Below are positions 19,734 to 29,139 of a stretch of 64,000 nucleotides of DNA, one piece after another. This stretch comes from Spirochaetales bacterium. GTDB taxonomy: Bacteria > Spirochaetota > Spirochaetia > SZUA-6 > JAFGRV01. The stretch lies in contig JAFGHO010000016.1 in NCBI GenBank assembly GCA_016930085.1, positions 31,340 through 95,339 on the forward strand, read 5' to 3'. Made by a program: the position numbers and the translations under genes. The stretch's first letter is position 1. Each line of letters opens with the position of its first letter. Below the pieces are notes generated by a model. The model made no database searches and was not told the DNA's origin. It saw only the letters and a list, made by a program, of their open reading frames with translations.

Positions 19734-20654
19734 TTACGACTCCCACTTCAACGTGAATTGATATAGGTTCGAAGCCTTGTTTTTCGGGATCGGTTTAAAG
19801 AATTTTTCCAGTTTACGCCCGAGATCCTGATACACGCTCGGCGAAATGGTAAGGGAATCGGGTTCGGTATACTCGGAAACAAGTTCCTCGAGTTTTTGTA
19901 TCGTCTCATGTTTTATATTCCCCATATCATGATGAAACTGGCACGGCCCGGTGTGGACCGCCATTCTTATCGAAAGGGATTCATCAAGCCTGCATCTTAA
20001 TATGTTATAAAAAAGAAGGTCCAACAAAATGTCGATACCACTCAGGACCGCCATGACATTCTTGTTCTGGAAATAGAAAGCCCCCAGACCGCCGTCGCCT
20101 TCCCATCCCCATATACGGCCGTTACGCTTTTCCATGTTCTTTTTTGCCAGTTCACGTATATCCGAATATGTCCGGGAAATGATATCCATCGAATACCGGC
20201 GGACGAGTTCCGTATTGTTGACGATATCGATTGAAAGAAGTGAGAACTCGTAGCTTTTCCCTTCTTCAAGAATTCGCCAGCCTTTCGATACCTTCTCTCC
20301 CTTGTTCTCGACAAAGGTCCCGAGATCAGGATTATAATAGAGTCCCTGTGAAACGAGTTCCGAAAGGATTTGCGGCAATGCCTTGATCTGGATTTTTTTC
20401 CCCATAAATCCGTTCTGATAAACATCGATCAGCAGCGTGACAAACTGGATGAATATCTCTTCCTTGATTACGTCTTCGGTTATCTGCTGGGCGGCATGCA
20501 TGGGCGGAACCGGCATATTTTCAGGGTACCCCGTGCGTTCGTGAATATTATAGCTGGGGAATATCCGGCGGGTCAGCTTTACCATTTCCCGTGTGGACAT
20601 GGATTCATATAACGCCTTGATCATGAGCTGTGCGAGATTTCTGTTAGCCCTCAT
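19734..20654 (-). CDS. Class-III nucleotidyl cyclase homology protein with unknown N-terminal domain
   Basis: The C-terminal blocks are 'FSLLSIDIVNNTEL', 'GRIWGWEGDGGLGAF' and 'SIRMAVHTGPCQF'. They are paralogous to the downstream gene. Its stop is 1 nt from the next start, so the two form an operon. Confidence 0.55.
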   Translation of the reverse strand: MRANRNLAQLMIKALYESMSTREMVKLTRRIFPSYNIHERTGYPENMPVPPMHAAQQITEDVIKEEIFIQFVTLLIDVYQNGFMGKKIQIKALPQILSELVSQGLYYNPDLGTFVENKGEKVSKGWRILEEGKSYEFSLLSIDIVNNTELVRRYSMDIISRTYSDIRELAKKNMEKRNGRIWGWEGDGGLGAFYFQNKNVMAVLSGIDILLDLLFYNILRCRLDESLSIRMAVHTGPCQFHHDMGNIKHETIQKLEELVSEYTEPDSLTISPSVYQDLGRKLEKFFKPIPKNKASNLYQFTLKWES

Positions 20655-20872
20655 TCATCGGTCCTTTCGCCTTGATTATCGACACCTCTTATAATAGGAA
20701 AAACCAACTTTTTTCCTGTTCCCTTCGTGTTCTATCACATTCGGCCGACATTGTCATTATCATAAAATCGGGATATATTGCCATTGCATATGAACATCAG
20801 CTTCTTTTTGAATTATATAGGTATGACGGTCTTTTTCAACCGCCAGTTTATCCCGAACAGGAGAAAAGAACA

Positions 20873-22066
20873 ATGAATACACTCTCCGCCGATATTACCA
20901 GGGAAATACTCAAAAGCAATATCCGCAGGGAATACAGGACATTGAGTCCGTATGCAGAAAAAAGTACCAAAGGGGTGCGGCTGCACGGGGAAAGGGAAAT
21001 AATTCCCGACAAGCTGAATATTCGTCCGGTTTTTTTTCATGATGCCGACAGGATCATTCATTCCCTGGCATATACTCGATATATCGATAAAACACAGGTT
21101 TTTTCCCTGTTTGAAAACGATCACATCACTCACCGCGGCCTCCACGTTCAGTTTGTTTCCAAAATAGCACGGGTCATCGGGAGGTTTCTCAGGCTTAACG
21201 AGGACCTTATCGAGGCGATCGCACTCGGACATGATCTGGGTCATGTCCCCTACGGCCATGAGGGGGAACGATTTTTGAACGCTATCGCGCAGAAAAGGGG
21301 AGCCGGTTGTTTTTGCCACAACGCACAGAGTGTCAGGTGCCTCATGGAACTCGAAAATCACGGAAGAGGATGCAACCTGACCCTTCAGGTTCTCGATGGT
21401 ATCCTTTCCCATTATGGCGAGAAAGTGGAAAAAAGCTATACACCGGGTCCGGCCAAGACCTGGGACGCCTTCCTTGAGGAATACCGCAAGTGCTTCATGA
21501 TTGAAGATTATTATAAAACCTTGCGGCCCATGACCATGGAAGGCAGTGTCGTCCGTATAGCGGATATAATCGCCTATATCGGGAGGGATATCGAAGATGC
21601 GATCGAGGTAGGGCTTGTGAAGCGGGAGGATATTCCGGAACCGGTGACAAAAATACTCGGTAATACCAACAGGGAAATCATCAATAACCTCATCATTGAT
21701 ATTATCAATGAAAGCTATGAGAAAAAGTCGATCTCGTTTTCGACCGTTACGTATACTGCCCTGCACAAACTCCTCGTCTGGAATTACAGGCATATCTACA
21801 ATAACCCGAAAAAGACCAATCAGAACGACAAGATCGAATATATGATGAATTTTCTTTTTGAAAAATACATCAATGATCTGCGGATACAAAACAGGCGTTC
21901 GGCCCTTTTCACCCTCTTTCTCGACAATATGAATGCGGATTATGTAAAAAAAACAAAAAACGAACGTATCGTCTTAGATTTTATCGCGGGCATGACCGAT
22001 GATTTTTTCAATAACGAGTTCAGAAAATACATCATGCCGGTCTCCTACGGGCTGACCGTCGATTAG
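20873..22066 (+). CDS. dGTPase-family HD-domain triphosphohydrolase
   Basis: An AGGAG RBS precedes the ATG at 20873. The N-terminus is 'RPVFFHDADRIIHSLAYTRYIDKTQVF'. The HD motif is 'HITHRGLHVQFV...ALGHDLGHVPYGHEGE'. Both are typical of Dgt-like enzymes. Confidence 0.7.
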   Translation: MNTLSADITREILKSNIRREYRTLSPYAEKSTKGVRLHGEREIIPDKLNIRPVFFHDADRIIHSLAYTRYIDKTQVFSLFENDHITHRGLHVQFVSKIARVIGRFLRLNEDLIEAIALGHDLGHVPYGHEGERFLNAIAQKRGAGCFCHNAQSVRCLMELENHGRGCNLTLQVLDGILSHYGEKVEKSYTPGPAKTWDAFLEEYRKCFMIEDYYKTLRPMTMEGSVVRIADIIAYIGRDIEDAIEVGLVKREDIPEPVTKILGNTNREIINNLIIDIINESYEKKSISFSTVTYTALHKLLVWNYRHIYNNPKKTNQNDKIEYMMNFLFEKYINDLRIQNRRSALFTLFLDNMNADYVKKTKNERIVLDFIAGMTDDFFNNEFRKYIMPVSYGLTVD

Positions 22067-22174
22067 ATGTACGCAGGACGCTATTTGATTACCTTTCCGG
22101 ATGCCGCTTTCAAAACGGGATTTGTCGCTTTTAGCGAATATCGTAAACGGGACCGCTTCGATGACGCGATGAAG

Positions 22175-22510
22175 TTACTGAAGCTGTTCGATCGCCTCTT
22201 GGAGTGTCGCGGTGATGGGCAGAATATTGTTGAGTCTGCTCAATACGAACAGCTTCTTGACCGTTTCCTGGGGATGTGCATATTTCAAACCGATCGCCTG
22301 AGCTTTTGATTTCTGCCAGAGTGTGATGAGTGTTCCCAATCCGGTACTATCCATATAGGGTACCTTTTCGAGGTTGATGATGATATTCTTTTTTTTTGCG
22401 TCGATAAGCTCCATTATCACCTGTCTGAGTGAGACGGCATTGAGGTAATCCATTTCCCCTTCCATATCGACGATGACACAATTGCCTTCAATTCGTTTCT
22501 TGATTTCCAT
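22175..22510 (-). CDS. STAS-domain anti-sigma-factor antagonist (SpoIIAA-like)
   Basis: A 111-aa protein. 'VPYMDSTGLGTLITL' carries the conserved phosphorylatable Ser/Thr region. Confidence 0.7.
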   Translation of the reverse strand: MEIKKRIEGNCVIVDMEGEMDYLNAVSLRQVIMELIDAKKKNIIINLEKVPYMDSTGLGTLITLWQKSKAQAIGLKYAHPQETVKKLFVLSRLNNILPITATLQEAIEQLQ

Positions 22511-22686
22511 TTATCCCCATCTTTCCGTTTACTATAGATAGTATTGCGTCGTTTTGTCCATAGTTTTGATCAAATTTTCGTTTTCATCCCATTTTATTCA
22601 GGTATCGCACAAAACCATGGATAATGAGGGCGACAATCGGATGTTACCACATAACGGATTTATTTTCTACCTTAAATTATATCGTT

Positions 22687-23061
22687 TCAGCCGATCTCCT
22701 CAAGGATGCCGTTCACGGCGTCAAGGAGATCCCCTTTTTTGAATGGCTTGAACAGAACACGATGCGCCCCCAGCTGTTCGATCAGTATCTTGAATGCGTC
22801 CGAATCGGGAGACACCTTTCCGGTGATAACGATTATTTTTTTGTCTTTCAGTTCACTCTTCATCTCGAGTAACACGTCGACTCCCCCCTTACCGGGCATG
22901 ACGACATCGGTAATAAGAAGGTCTATTTTTTTATCGCGGATGATCTCACAGCCTTTGAGACCATTTTCCGCCGTATAGACCGTATGACCTTCTTTCTGCA
23001 AAAAATGACTGACACGCTCCCGTACGTACTCAATATCATCGATAACAAGAATTGTTGCCAT
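22687..23061 (-). CDS. Single-domain CheY-like response regulator
   Basis: An AAGGAGG RBS precedes the start. The receiver is 'MATILVIDDIEYVRE...IDLLITDVVMPGKGG...KPF'. Confidence 0.75.
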   Translation of the reverse strand: MATILVIDDIEYVRERVSHFLQKEGHTVYTAENGLKGCEIIRDKKIDLLITDVVMPGKGGVDVLLEMKSELKDKKIIVITGKVSPDSDAFKILIEQLGAHRVLFKPFKKGDLLDAVNGILEEIG

Positions 23062-23358
23062 GCCGTCCTCCTTATTAATAGAGTGGATTCCGTTACTTCG
23101 GGAGAAAAAACTCTTTATAAAAACTCTCGATATACGCCGGACCTGAATCCGGTAATATATCAAGCGGTCTGTTTTACCCTTTTCCCGGTACACCATCAAT
23201 TCTATACTATTTTTCGGAAAAATACCATATAAAACAAAGACGAAAGTACCTTGGGGGGGTACGGAAACAAAAAACTTGACTATGGCGAATTTTCAATGTA
23301 TATTTTCATCGAGAGACGAATAATCGCAAAAAAAACATTATAAAAAAGGAAAGAAGCT

Positions 23359-24426
23359 ATGAAAAGAATTATTTCTTCGTGTATCCTTGTAACAGGAATC
23401 ATATTGCTCGCCGGCTGCCCCCCGGTGGAAGAAGGCTCGGCGGACCTTTTTTCACTCAGCGTATCGACAAATACGGCGGAAGTGACGGCGGATAAAATAG
23501 AAAAAATTCCGGATAAAGCCTCCTATCGAAAGGGCGAAGAAGTCACACTAAAGGCAAACTCGATCCCCCATTACCTTTTCTCATCATGGTCGGGCGGATA
23601 TAACGGCCCGGAAAAATCGATTTCCGTGACGATAACATCCGACATGACTGTTACCGCGAACTATGATTATGTGGAGAACGTATACCCCCTTGGGATATCG
23701 ACCTTGCCCAGCGCCACCTACGGATATATCATACCGGACCCCGTCCGTACGGAAATAAACGAGGGGGAGACCGTTACCCTGACCGCCGTTCCGATGCCCG
23801 GGTTCATGTTCGTCAATTGGGATTCCGGTTCGGATGAAAGGGTCCAGGAGTTCGTGATGGAGGATGAAGTCTCCTGTACCGCCAATTTCGAGTCGAATAT
23901 AGCGTATCTTGACGTTGTCGCCGATGCTATTGATTATGTGGGCAATAACAAAGGAACAAAAATCTATGATGTCACCGATATCGACGGCAATGATATCGGC
24001 GATGTCTATCTGGTCCCTTCTCCGGAAGACGGTGAAGACGGAGACTGCCTTTTTCAGGATATAAACTGGACTGACGACAACGATACACCGGACGATGTGA
24101 CGGATGATATCCAGACGTTAATTAAAATATATGATTTCGCGCAGTTCAGACAGGGCGGCGCCATTATAACGTCTATGGAAGGACACAATTATACGTGCTA
24201 TCATAGATACAGGCCATATGATCTCTATCATTTCGAAGCTTCACTGGAAGGTTTTTTCTCGGTGGATAACGATGTCGCTTCCGTGCCTGATGAGCCCGCG
24301 GAAGTCGAATATCACATTACCTATGAAACCGGAACCAGCTGGAAAATCAACAAGGATCCCGCGGTCAGTTATTACAGAATCGAAACGGTAAAATATGATT
24401 GGGATAAAAACAAGATAGAAGAATAA
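23359..24426 (+). CDS. Lipoprotein, beta-rich repeated domains, unknown function
   Basis: The lipobox is 'ILLAGCPP'. Internal repeated 'TVTLTA / VTITSDMTVTANY' blocks are Ig-like. The C-terminal region is acidic. Confidence 0.45.
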   Translation: MKRIISSCILVTGIILLAGCPPVEEGSADLFSLSVSTNTAEVTADKIEKIPDKASYRKGEEVTLKANSIPHYLFSSWSGGYNGPEKSISVTITSDMTVTANYDYVENVYPLGISTLPSATYGYIIPDPVRTEINEGETVTLTAVPMPGFMFVNWDSGSDERVQEFVMEDEVSCTANFESNIAYLDVVADAIDYVGNNKGTKIYDVTDIDGNDIGDVYLVPSPEDGEDGDCLFQDINWTDDNDTPDDVTDDIQTLIKIYDFAQFRQGGAIITSMEGHNYTCYHRYRPYDLYHFEASLEGFFSVDNDVASVPDEPAEVEYHITYETGTSWKINKDPAVSYYRIETVKYDWDKNKIEE

Positions 24427-24472
24427 CGCGCTTAAAACAGTTCCCGCCGGTTGACTTATTAAGGCCGCGCGG

Positions 24473-25312
24473 CTACTTCTTTTTCCGTCTGGGGTCGTTT
24501 TTATTCGCTTTCGGAGCGGGGGAATCAATTTCCTCCTCCTTTTGTCCGGTTGTCGTAATATCGGACTCATATAGCTTTTCTGCGCTCACGATATACAACG
24601 TATCTCCGATTGCCGCTATCCCCGCCACGTCACTCCACATGTCACTGATTTTGGCGTAATCGCCGCTGCTCGTCGTCGCTTCGTAAAGGACCTCGGCACT
24701 TACCATATACAGCTTGTTTCCTATAGAAGTCATTCCCCTCACATCCGCCCATGTGTCACTCAGCTGTTTGTAGGCGCCGTCGGTTTTCGAAACCTCATAG
24801 AGAATTTCACCGCTTACAGCGTACAGTTTCCCCGCCGCGGAGGCCATACCGGTGACATTACTCCATGTGTCGCTGAGTTTTTTATACGCTCCATTTACTT
24901 TATTTACTTCATAGAGTATCTCTTCACTGACGATATACAGCTTGCCGTCAAGTGATGTCATTCCGGTAACATCACGCCAGGTGTCGCTGAGTTTTTTATA
25001 CGCCCCATTTGCTTTATTTGCTTCATAGAGTATCTCTTCACTGACGATATACAGCTTGCCGTCAAGGGACGTCATTCCGGTAACCTCACGCCAGGTATCG
25101 CTGAGTTTTTTATACGCTCCATTAACCTTGTTCACTTCATAAAGTATGTCTTCACTGACGATATACAGCTTACCGTCGAGTGCGGTAATACCGGTAACAT
25201 CACGCCAGGTATCACTCAGCTCCTTGTAGTCACCTGAAAAAACGGTACCGGAAATAAAAATGATCATATAGACCGCCATCGTAAAACAACCGATAACCGG
25301 GATTCTCCTCAT
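24473..25312 (-). CDS. Secreted protein built of six 37-aa tandem repeats (propeller-like)
   Basis: A signal anchor precedes 6x 'DTWRDVTGMTSLDGKLYIVSEEILYEVNKVNGAYKKLS'. The C-terminus is Lys/Pro-rich. Confidence 0.5.
   Translation of the reverse strand: MRRIPVIGCFTMAVYMIIFISGTVFSGDYKELSDTWRDVTGITALDGKLYIVSEDILYEVNKVNGAYKKLSDTWREVTGMTSLDGKLYIVSEEILYEANKANGAYKKLSDTWRDVTGMTSLDGKLYIVSEEILYEVNKVNGAYKKLSDTWSNVTGMASAAGKLYAVSGEILYEVSKTDGAYKQLSDTWADVRGMTSIGNKLYMVSAEVLYEATTSSGDYAKISDMWSDVAGIAAIGDTLYIVSAEKLYESDITTTGQKEEEIDSPAPKANKNDPRRKKK
24590..25260. repeat. Tandem ~111-bp coding repeats (about 6 copies; two adjacent copies nearly identical)
   Basis: The ~111-bp units are near-identical at about 24.94-25.05 and 25.05-25.16 kb. 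Flanking copies are more divergent. Confidence 0.6.
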
Positions 25313-25660
25313 TTTAAAATACCTCCTCGATTGATTTCAATATCTTCTCCGGGGATCGTCTTGTCTCACACCCGGATATATCCGTAATACGACAATTGTC
25401 GTAAATCCCTCGCCCGAATTTACTGATGTCCCGGACATAAAAGCGTCCCTGTGTTTGTATCCCGCGTATTATCGTCAGGCGACGCCTTCTTCCTGCACCG
25501 CTTCGGCAACACTTCTCCAAGCCTCAACCACGTTAATACTGCACTAATAGCTGCAGCGCACATGTGCTATCACAATTATAGATGAAGCAAATTCATATTA
25601 TCAAATTAATTTTGCCTGCCTGTTTCCTTATCCGTGAAAAAAAGTGTTTGACATTTTAAT

Positions 25661-25688
25661 GTAACAATGTTATATTAACTTTGTTAAA
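25661..25688. promoter_or_regulatory. Palindromic TAACAATGTTA / TTAACTTTGTTAA putative TetR operator in the tetR promoter
   Basis: Inverted repeats sit just 5' of the RBS. The same motif recurs at 26375-26400. Confidence 0.4.
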
Positions 25689-25700
25689 CAAAGGAGTATC

Positions 25701-26303
25701 ATGACCAGGCGGCCGAACAGTGAATTACCGGAACAAATACTCGGAGAAGCGGAAGCGATCGTCGTTTCATCCGGATACGAGGCGGTCAATATGCGGACGA
25801 TTGCAAAACGGGCGGGGGTAAGCGCGACGATCATCTACCACTATTTTAAAAGCAAGGACGATCTCCTGTACCGGCTGCAGTTGATCACGGCGGAAAAACT
25901 CAATGCCCGCATCCGGCATCTGGAAAACCACCCGGACCCCCATGAAGCCCTCCATCTTTTGGGAAAAGAGTATATTGCCTTTGCGGAAAACAATCCTGAA
26001 CTCTACCGCCTCCTTTTAAGCAATATGGGCGGAGGCAGTCTGACCGAGGAAAATCAGCCGGTCATTTTTTACACCTACAATATCGCCCGTCAATGTCTTC
26101 AAAGGATGGCTGAAATGCACGAAACACGCGTCAATCCGTCCTATGCCGCCATGATGGGCTGGGTAATGCTTCACGGGTTTTCATCGCTTCTTCTGGCGGG
26201 TAACCTCGAACTTGCCGAGGGACTGGACAGGGAAAAATTGAAACGGATATTTTTCGATTTTTATACATCGGGTCCGCAAACGCGGAAGTATGAGACCGAT
26301 TGA
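25701..26303 (+). CDS. TetR/AcrR-family transcriptional regulator
   Basis: The HTH is 'NMRTIAKRAGVSATIIYHYFKSKDDLL'. Confidence 0.8.
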   Translation: MTRRPNSELPEQILGEAEAIVVSSGYEAVNMRTIAKRAGVSATIIYHYFKSKDDLLYRLQLITAEKLNARIRHLENHPDPHEALHLLGKEYIAFAENNPELYRLLLSNMGGGSLTEENQPVIFYTYNIARQCLQRMAEMHETRVNPSYAAMMGWVMLHGFSSLLLAGNLELAEGLDREKLKRIFFDFYTSGPQTRKYETD

Positions 26304-26374
26304 AACACCCGGAAACCATTCCGGCGAACACAGGCAAACGGCACCAGATAAGGTGGTTTTTTTATAGCAAAAAC

Positions 26375-26400
26375 TTAACATTGTTAAGTTAACTATGTTA
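26375..26400. promoter_or_regulatory. Second copy of the TetR-type palindrome (CTTAACATTGTTAAG) upstream of the oxidoreductase gene
   Basis: A near-perfect 15-bp palindrome shares its TAACAnTGTTA core with the site at 25661. Confidence 0.4.
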
Positions 26401-26412
26401 AAGGAGTACGAC

Positions 26413-27792
26413 ATGAATATCATTGTCATAAACGGAAGCCCGAAAGGGAAGCAGAGTATCACCATGCAGTATACAGCCTATCTGGCAAAAAAGAGGGGCG
26501 GACACACATTCAACACCCTGCATGTTGCCGCAATGATAGGCCGTCTGGAAAATAACATCGACGCATTCAAGGCCGCGATAACGAAAATAAGAAGTGCGGA
26601 TGCCGTTCTCTGGGCGTTTCCCGTCTATTATCTTCTTGTCTCCTCCCAGTACAAACGCTTTATCGAACTTGTCTTCGAGCGAAACGCCGAATCGGCGTTT
26701 TCGGGGAAACCGGCGGTTTCCCTGTCCACCTCGATCAGATTTTTCGACAACATGGCGCATCAGTACATGAGATCGATCATGGATGACCTCGGGATGCGCT
26801 GCGGCGGCAATTATTCGGCGTATATGTCCGATTTGACCGACAGCCGGGAACGTGCGCGTCTACTCGCTTTTTTTGACGTGTTTCTGCTTTTCACCGAATC
26901 GCCTGCGCCCTTCATTCCCGCCTTTCAGCCGGTCGTCCATTGTCAACGCCCCTATATTCCGGAAAGACCGGTCGTAAAAGTCGATACCAAAGGTAAACGC
27001 ATCGCCTGTATTACCGATGCCCGGCCCGGAGACGAAAACCTGAAGGCGATGATCGAACGATTTTCTGCGGCAGTCTCGGAAAAAGCGGAAATCGTCAACC
27101 TCCGCGAAATCGATTTTACGGGCGGATGCCTCGGCTGCCTGCGGTGCGGACAAAACAACCGCTGTGTCTATGAGGGCAGGGATGATTTTATCGGGCTGTA
27201 CAGGAATATCGTCGAAAAGGCCGATATTCTCGTTTTTGCGGGGACGATTGCCGGTCGGCAATTGAGTGCCGTCTGGAGGCGTTTTTTCGACCGGAGTTTT
27301 TTCAACAATCATACCCCTACCCTGATGAACAAACAGATCGCCTTTCTCGTTTCGGGCCCCCTCAAGCAGCTTCCCGACATCAGACGGCCGTATGAGGCAT
27401 GGCTGGAAATCCAGCGGGCTAATCTCATCGATTTTATATCGGACGATATGATCACATCCCCGGCACTCGACGCGGCGATCGATCAGTGCGCCCGGCGGCT
27501 CGTCCTTTGTGCGGACAGCGGTTATGTAGCGCCGCGCACCTTTTACGGGATCGCGGGGATGAAACTCTTCCGCGACGAAATCTGGGGCGGTCTGCGCTTT
27601 ATATTCCGTGCCGATCACAAGGCCTACAAACGCATGGGGTTCTACGATTTCCCGCAAAAGCGAATCGCTTCCAGGCTGAAAATATTTATCGCCACCCTCA
27701 TAACCGGACTGCCCGTGATCCGAAAACATTTTCCTTCCAGGATCAAAAGCGGCATGCTTGAACCCTTCAAGAAAGTGGTGAACGAAGCATGA
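26413..27792 (+). CDS. Tandem flavodoxin-like NAD(P)H-dependent oxidoreductase (FMN-reductase-like)
   Basis: 'MNIIVINGSPKGKQS' is the classic NADPH-dependent FMN reductase N-terminus. A second flavodoxin-like half has a 'CLGCLRCGQNNRC' cluster. AAGGAG precedes the ATG at 26413. Confidence 0.5.
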   Translation: MNIIVINGSPKGKQSITMQYTAYLAKKRGGHTFNTLHVAAMIGRLENNIDAFKAAITKIRSADAVLWAFPVYYLLVSSQYKRFIELVFERNAESAFSGKPAVSLSTSIRFFDNMAHQYMRSIMDDLGMRCGGNYSAYMSDLTDSRERARLLAFFDVFLLFTESPAPFIPAFQPVVHCQRPYIPERPVVKVDTKGKRIACITDARPGDENLKAMIERFSAAVSEKAEIVNLREIDFTGGCLGCLRCGQNNRCVYEGRDDFIGLYRNIVEKADILVFAGTIAGRQLSAVWRRFFDRSFFNNHTPTLMNKQIAFLVSGPLKQLPDIRRPYEAWLEIQRANLIDFISDDMITSPALDAAIDQCARRLVLCADSGYVAPRTFYGIAGMKLFRDEIWGGLRFIFRADHKAYKRMGFYDFPQKRIASRLKIFIATLITGLPVIRKHFPSRIKSGMLEPFKKVVNEA

Positions 27793-28002
27793 AACATACA
27801 TAACTCCGTGGATACGGGCTCGCTTTATAGGTATCTTGTCGTGAGGTACAATGCCGTCTGCAAAGGACATTCTCCGGACTACGGCGATATGGTTGATATA
27901 ACTTTATCGCTGCTATAACGAAAAAGACTCTATTATTTATTGCGGGTAATAACTCAGACGGTATTCCGAAGTATCTGTTATACCGATGTATTAACCTTTT
28001 TT

Positions 28003-28983
28003 TTATTCATTTTGAATCAGAACCGGTTCCCCGTCACCGTGTTCCTTTTCGTAGATAATGAGAATTCGGCACTCCTGAAGCATCCTTCTGTTCGATTCCC
28101 TTTTCGTCAGCTTTTTTACCGCATCGTCGGGGAGGATGATATCACCGTTATGCTTTCCGAATATCCGGTTCGCCGTCGTTCGCAGCGGATCGATACCGAT
28201 TCTCCTGGTAAACGGGATCTCATTCAGGGATTCCGTATACAACGCCATCCCCCACCTCTTCAGGTATCCTGGATCACACGTGTGTTTATCCAGGATAACG
28301 TTCATATTCACGTCATACAGGGTCGGAAACAGGACGGGATTCAACATCCCGGGCGAATCCTTGCCGTGCATCATATATTCTCCTTTTACATAGATGACAA
28401 GACCCGTATAGTCTCTCGAAGGGACGAATCCTAGTATTCTTCTTACCGGATTCGCACGTTCATGCCTGATAAATACGCAGGCGATTCCTTTTTCACCATA
28501 CAGCGGATATGAATATGAGACGATAATGTTGTTCAAATCCTCGGAGAGGCAGGCATACTCCTTTTTTCCCCCGATCATCACCTTCTTTAATCCCGACAAA
28601 CCGTTTCGTTCCCGTTGAAGCATATCCCCCAGGGTATAATATGAATCGATCCTCAAATCCAGGACAGACGAGATGAATATATCCGGCATCATTTCCTGAA
28701 TCTGCATCTCCGCCGAATATCTGCCGTCCGGCTGCCGTTCACCTGCTGAGACAACCGGCGTTGAGAGATTGAGGGATAAAACCCCTTTTTCCCAATCCAC
28801 CTCTTTCCTGACACGGATCGAGTCGACACTCACATTCGATGCGGAAGTAAGTAAAAATAACGCGGATAATAAAATCATCGTGCATATCAAACCGGAAAGA
28901 ACGGACGCGTTACCCTTCTCGGCGCATCGATAAAAAAACAAACGTAAATTCCGTTTTCCGGAGAAAACCTTTTTTTCTTGCAT
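28003..28983 (-). CDS. Hypothetical secreted/membrane-anchored protein
   Basis: The ORF runs to 29076. The start was chosen at a Met followed by a basic stretch and a hydrophobic signal-like region, 'MQEKKVFSGKRNLR...MILLSALFLLTSA'. No recognisable motif was found. Confidence 0.3.
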   Translation of the reverse strand: MQEKKVFSGKRNLRLFFYRCAEKGNASVLSGLICTMILLSALFLLTSASNVSVDSIRVRKEVDWEKGVLSLNLSTPVVSAGERQPDGRYSAEMQIQEMMPDIFISSVLDLRIDSYYTLGDMLQRERNGLSGLKKVMIGGKKEYACLSEDLNNIIVSYSYPLYGEKGIACVFIRHERANPVRRILGFVPSRDYTGLVIYVKGEYMMHGKDSPGMLNPVLFPTLYDVNMNVILDKHTCDPGYLKRWGMALYTESLNEIPFTRRIGIDPLRTTANRIFGKHNGDIILPDDAVKKLTKRESNRRMLQECRILIIYEKEHGDGEPVLIQNE

Positions 28984-29139
28984 AACCGGACGTAACGATT
29001 CAGCCGCTTTGACTGAAATCTTTCTCCCCCTCTCCCGTAACAACAGGTTATCTATGTATATAATGATTTTCGTCATTCATGAGAAAGTGACTTGAGAGTT
29101 TTATTACGAAGGTTGCCTCAACGGAAATTGTGATTCGAT

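Noticed and set aside
20813-21889. 358-aa minus-strand ORF
   Set aside because: It is antisense to the dGTPase-family gene, which carries clear HD motifs. It has no RBS or start context and is judged spurious.
24590-25260. Possible CRISPR array, because of regular ~111-bp repeats
   Set aside because: The repeats are in-frame coding repeats of a secreted protein, with no short spacers. The period and length are wrong for CRISPR.
26860-27870. 336-aa minus-strand ORF
   Set aside because: It is antisense to the flavodoxin-like oxidoreductase and has an Arg/Gly-rich low-complexity translation.
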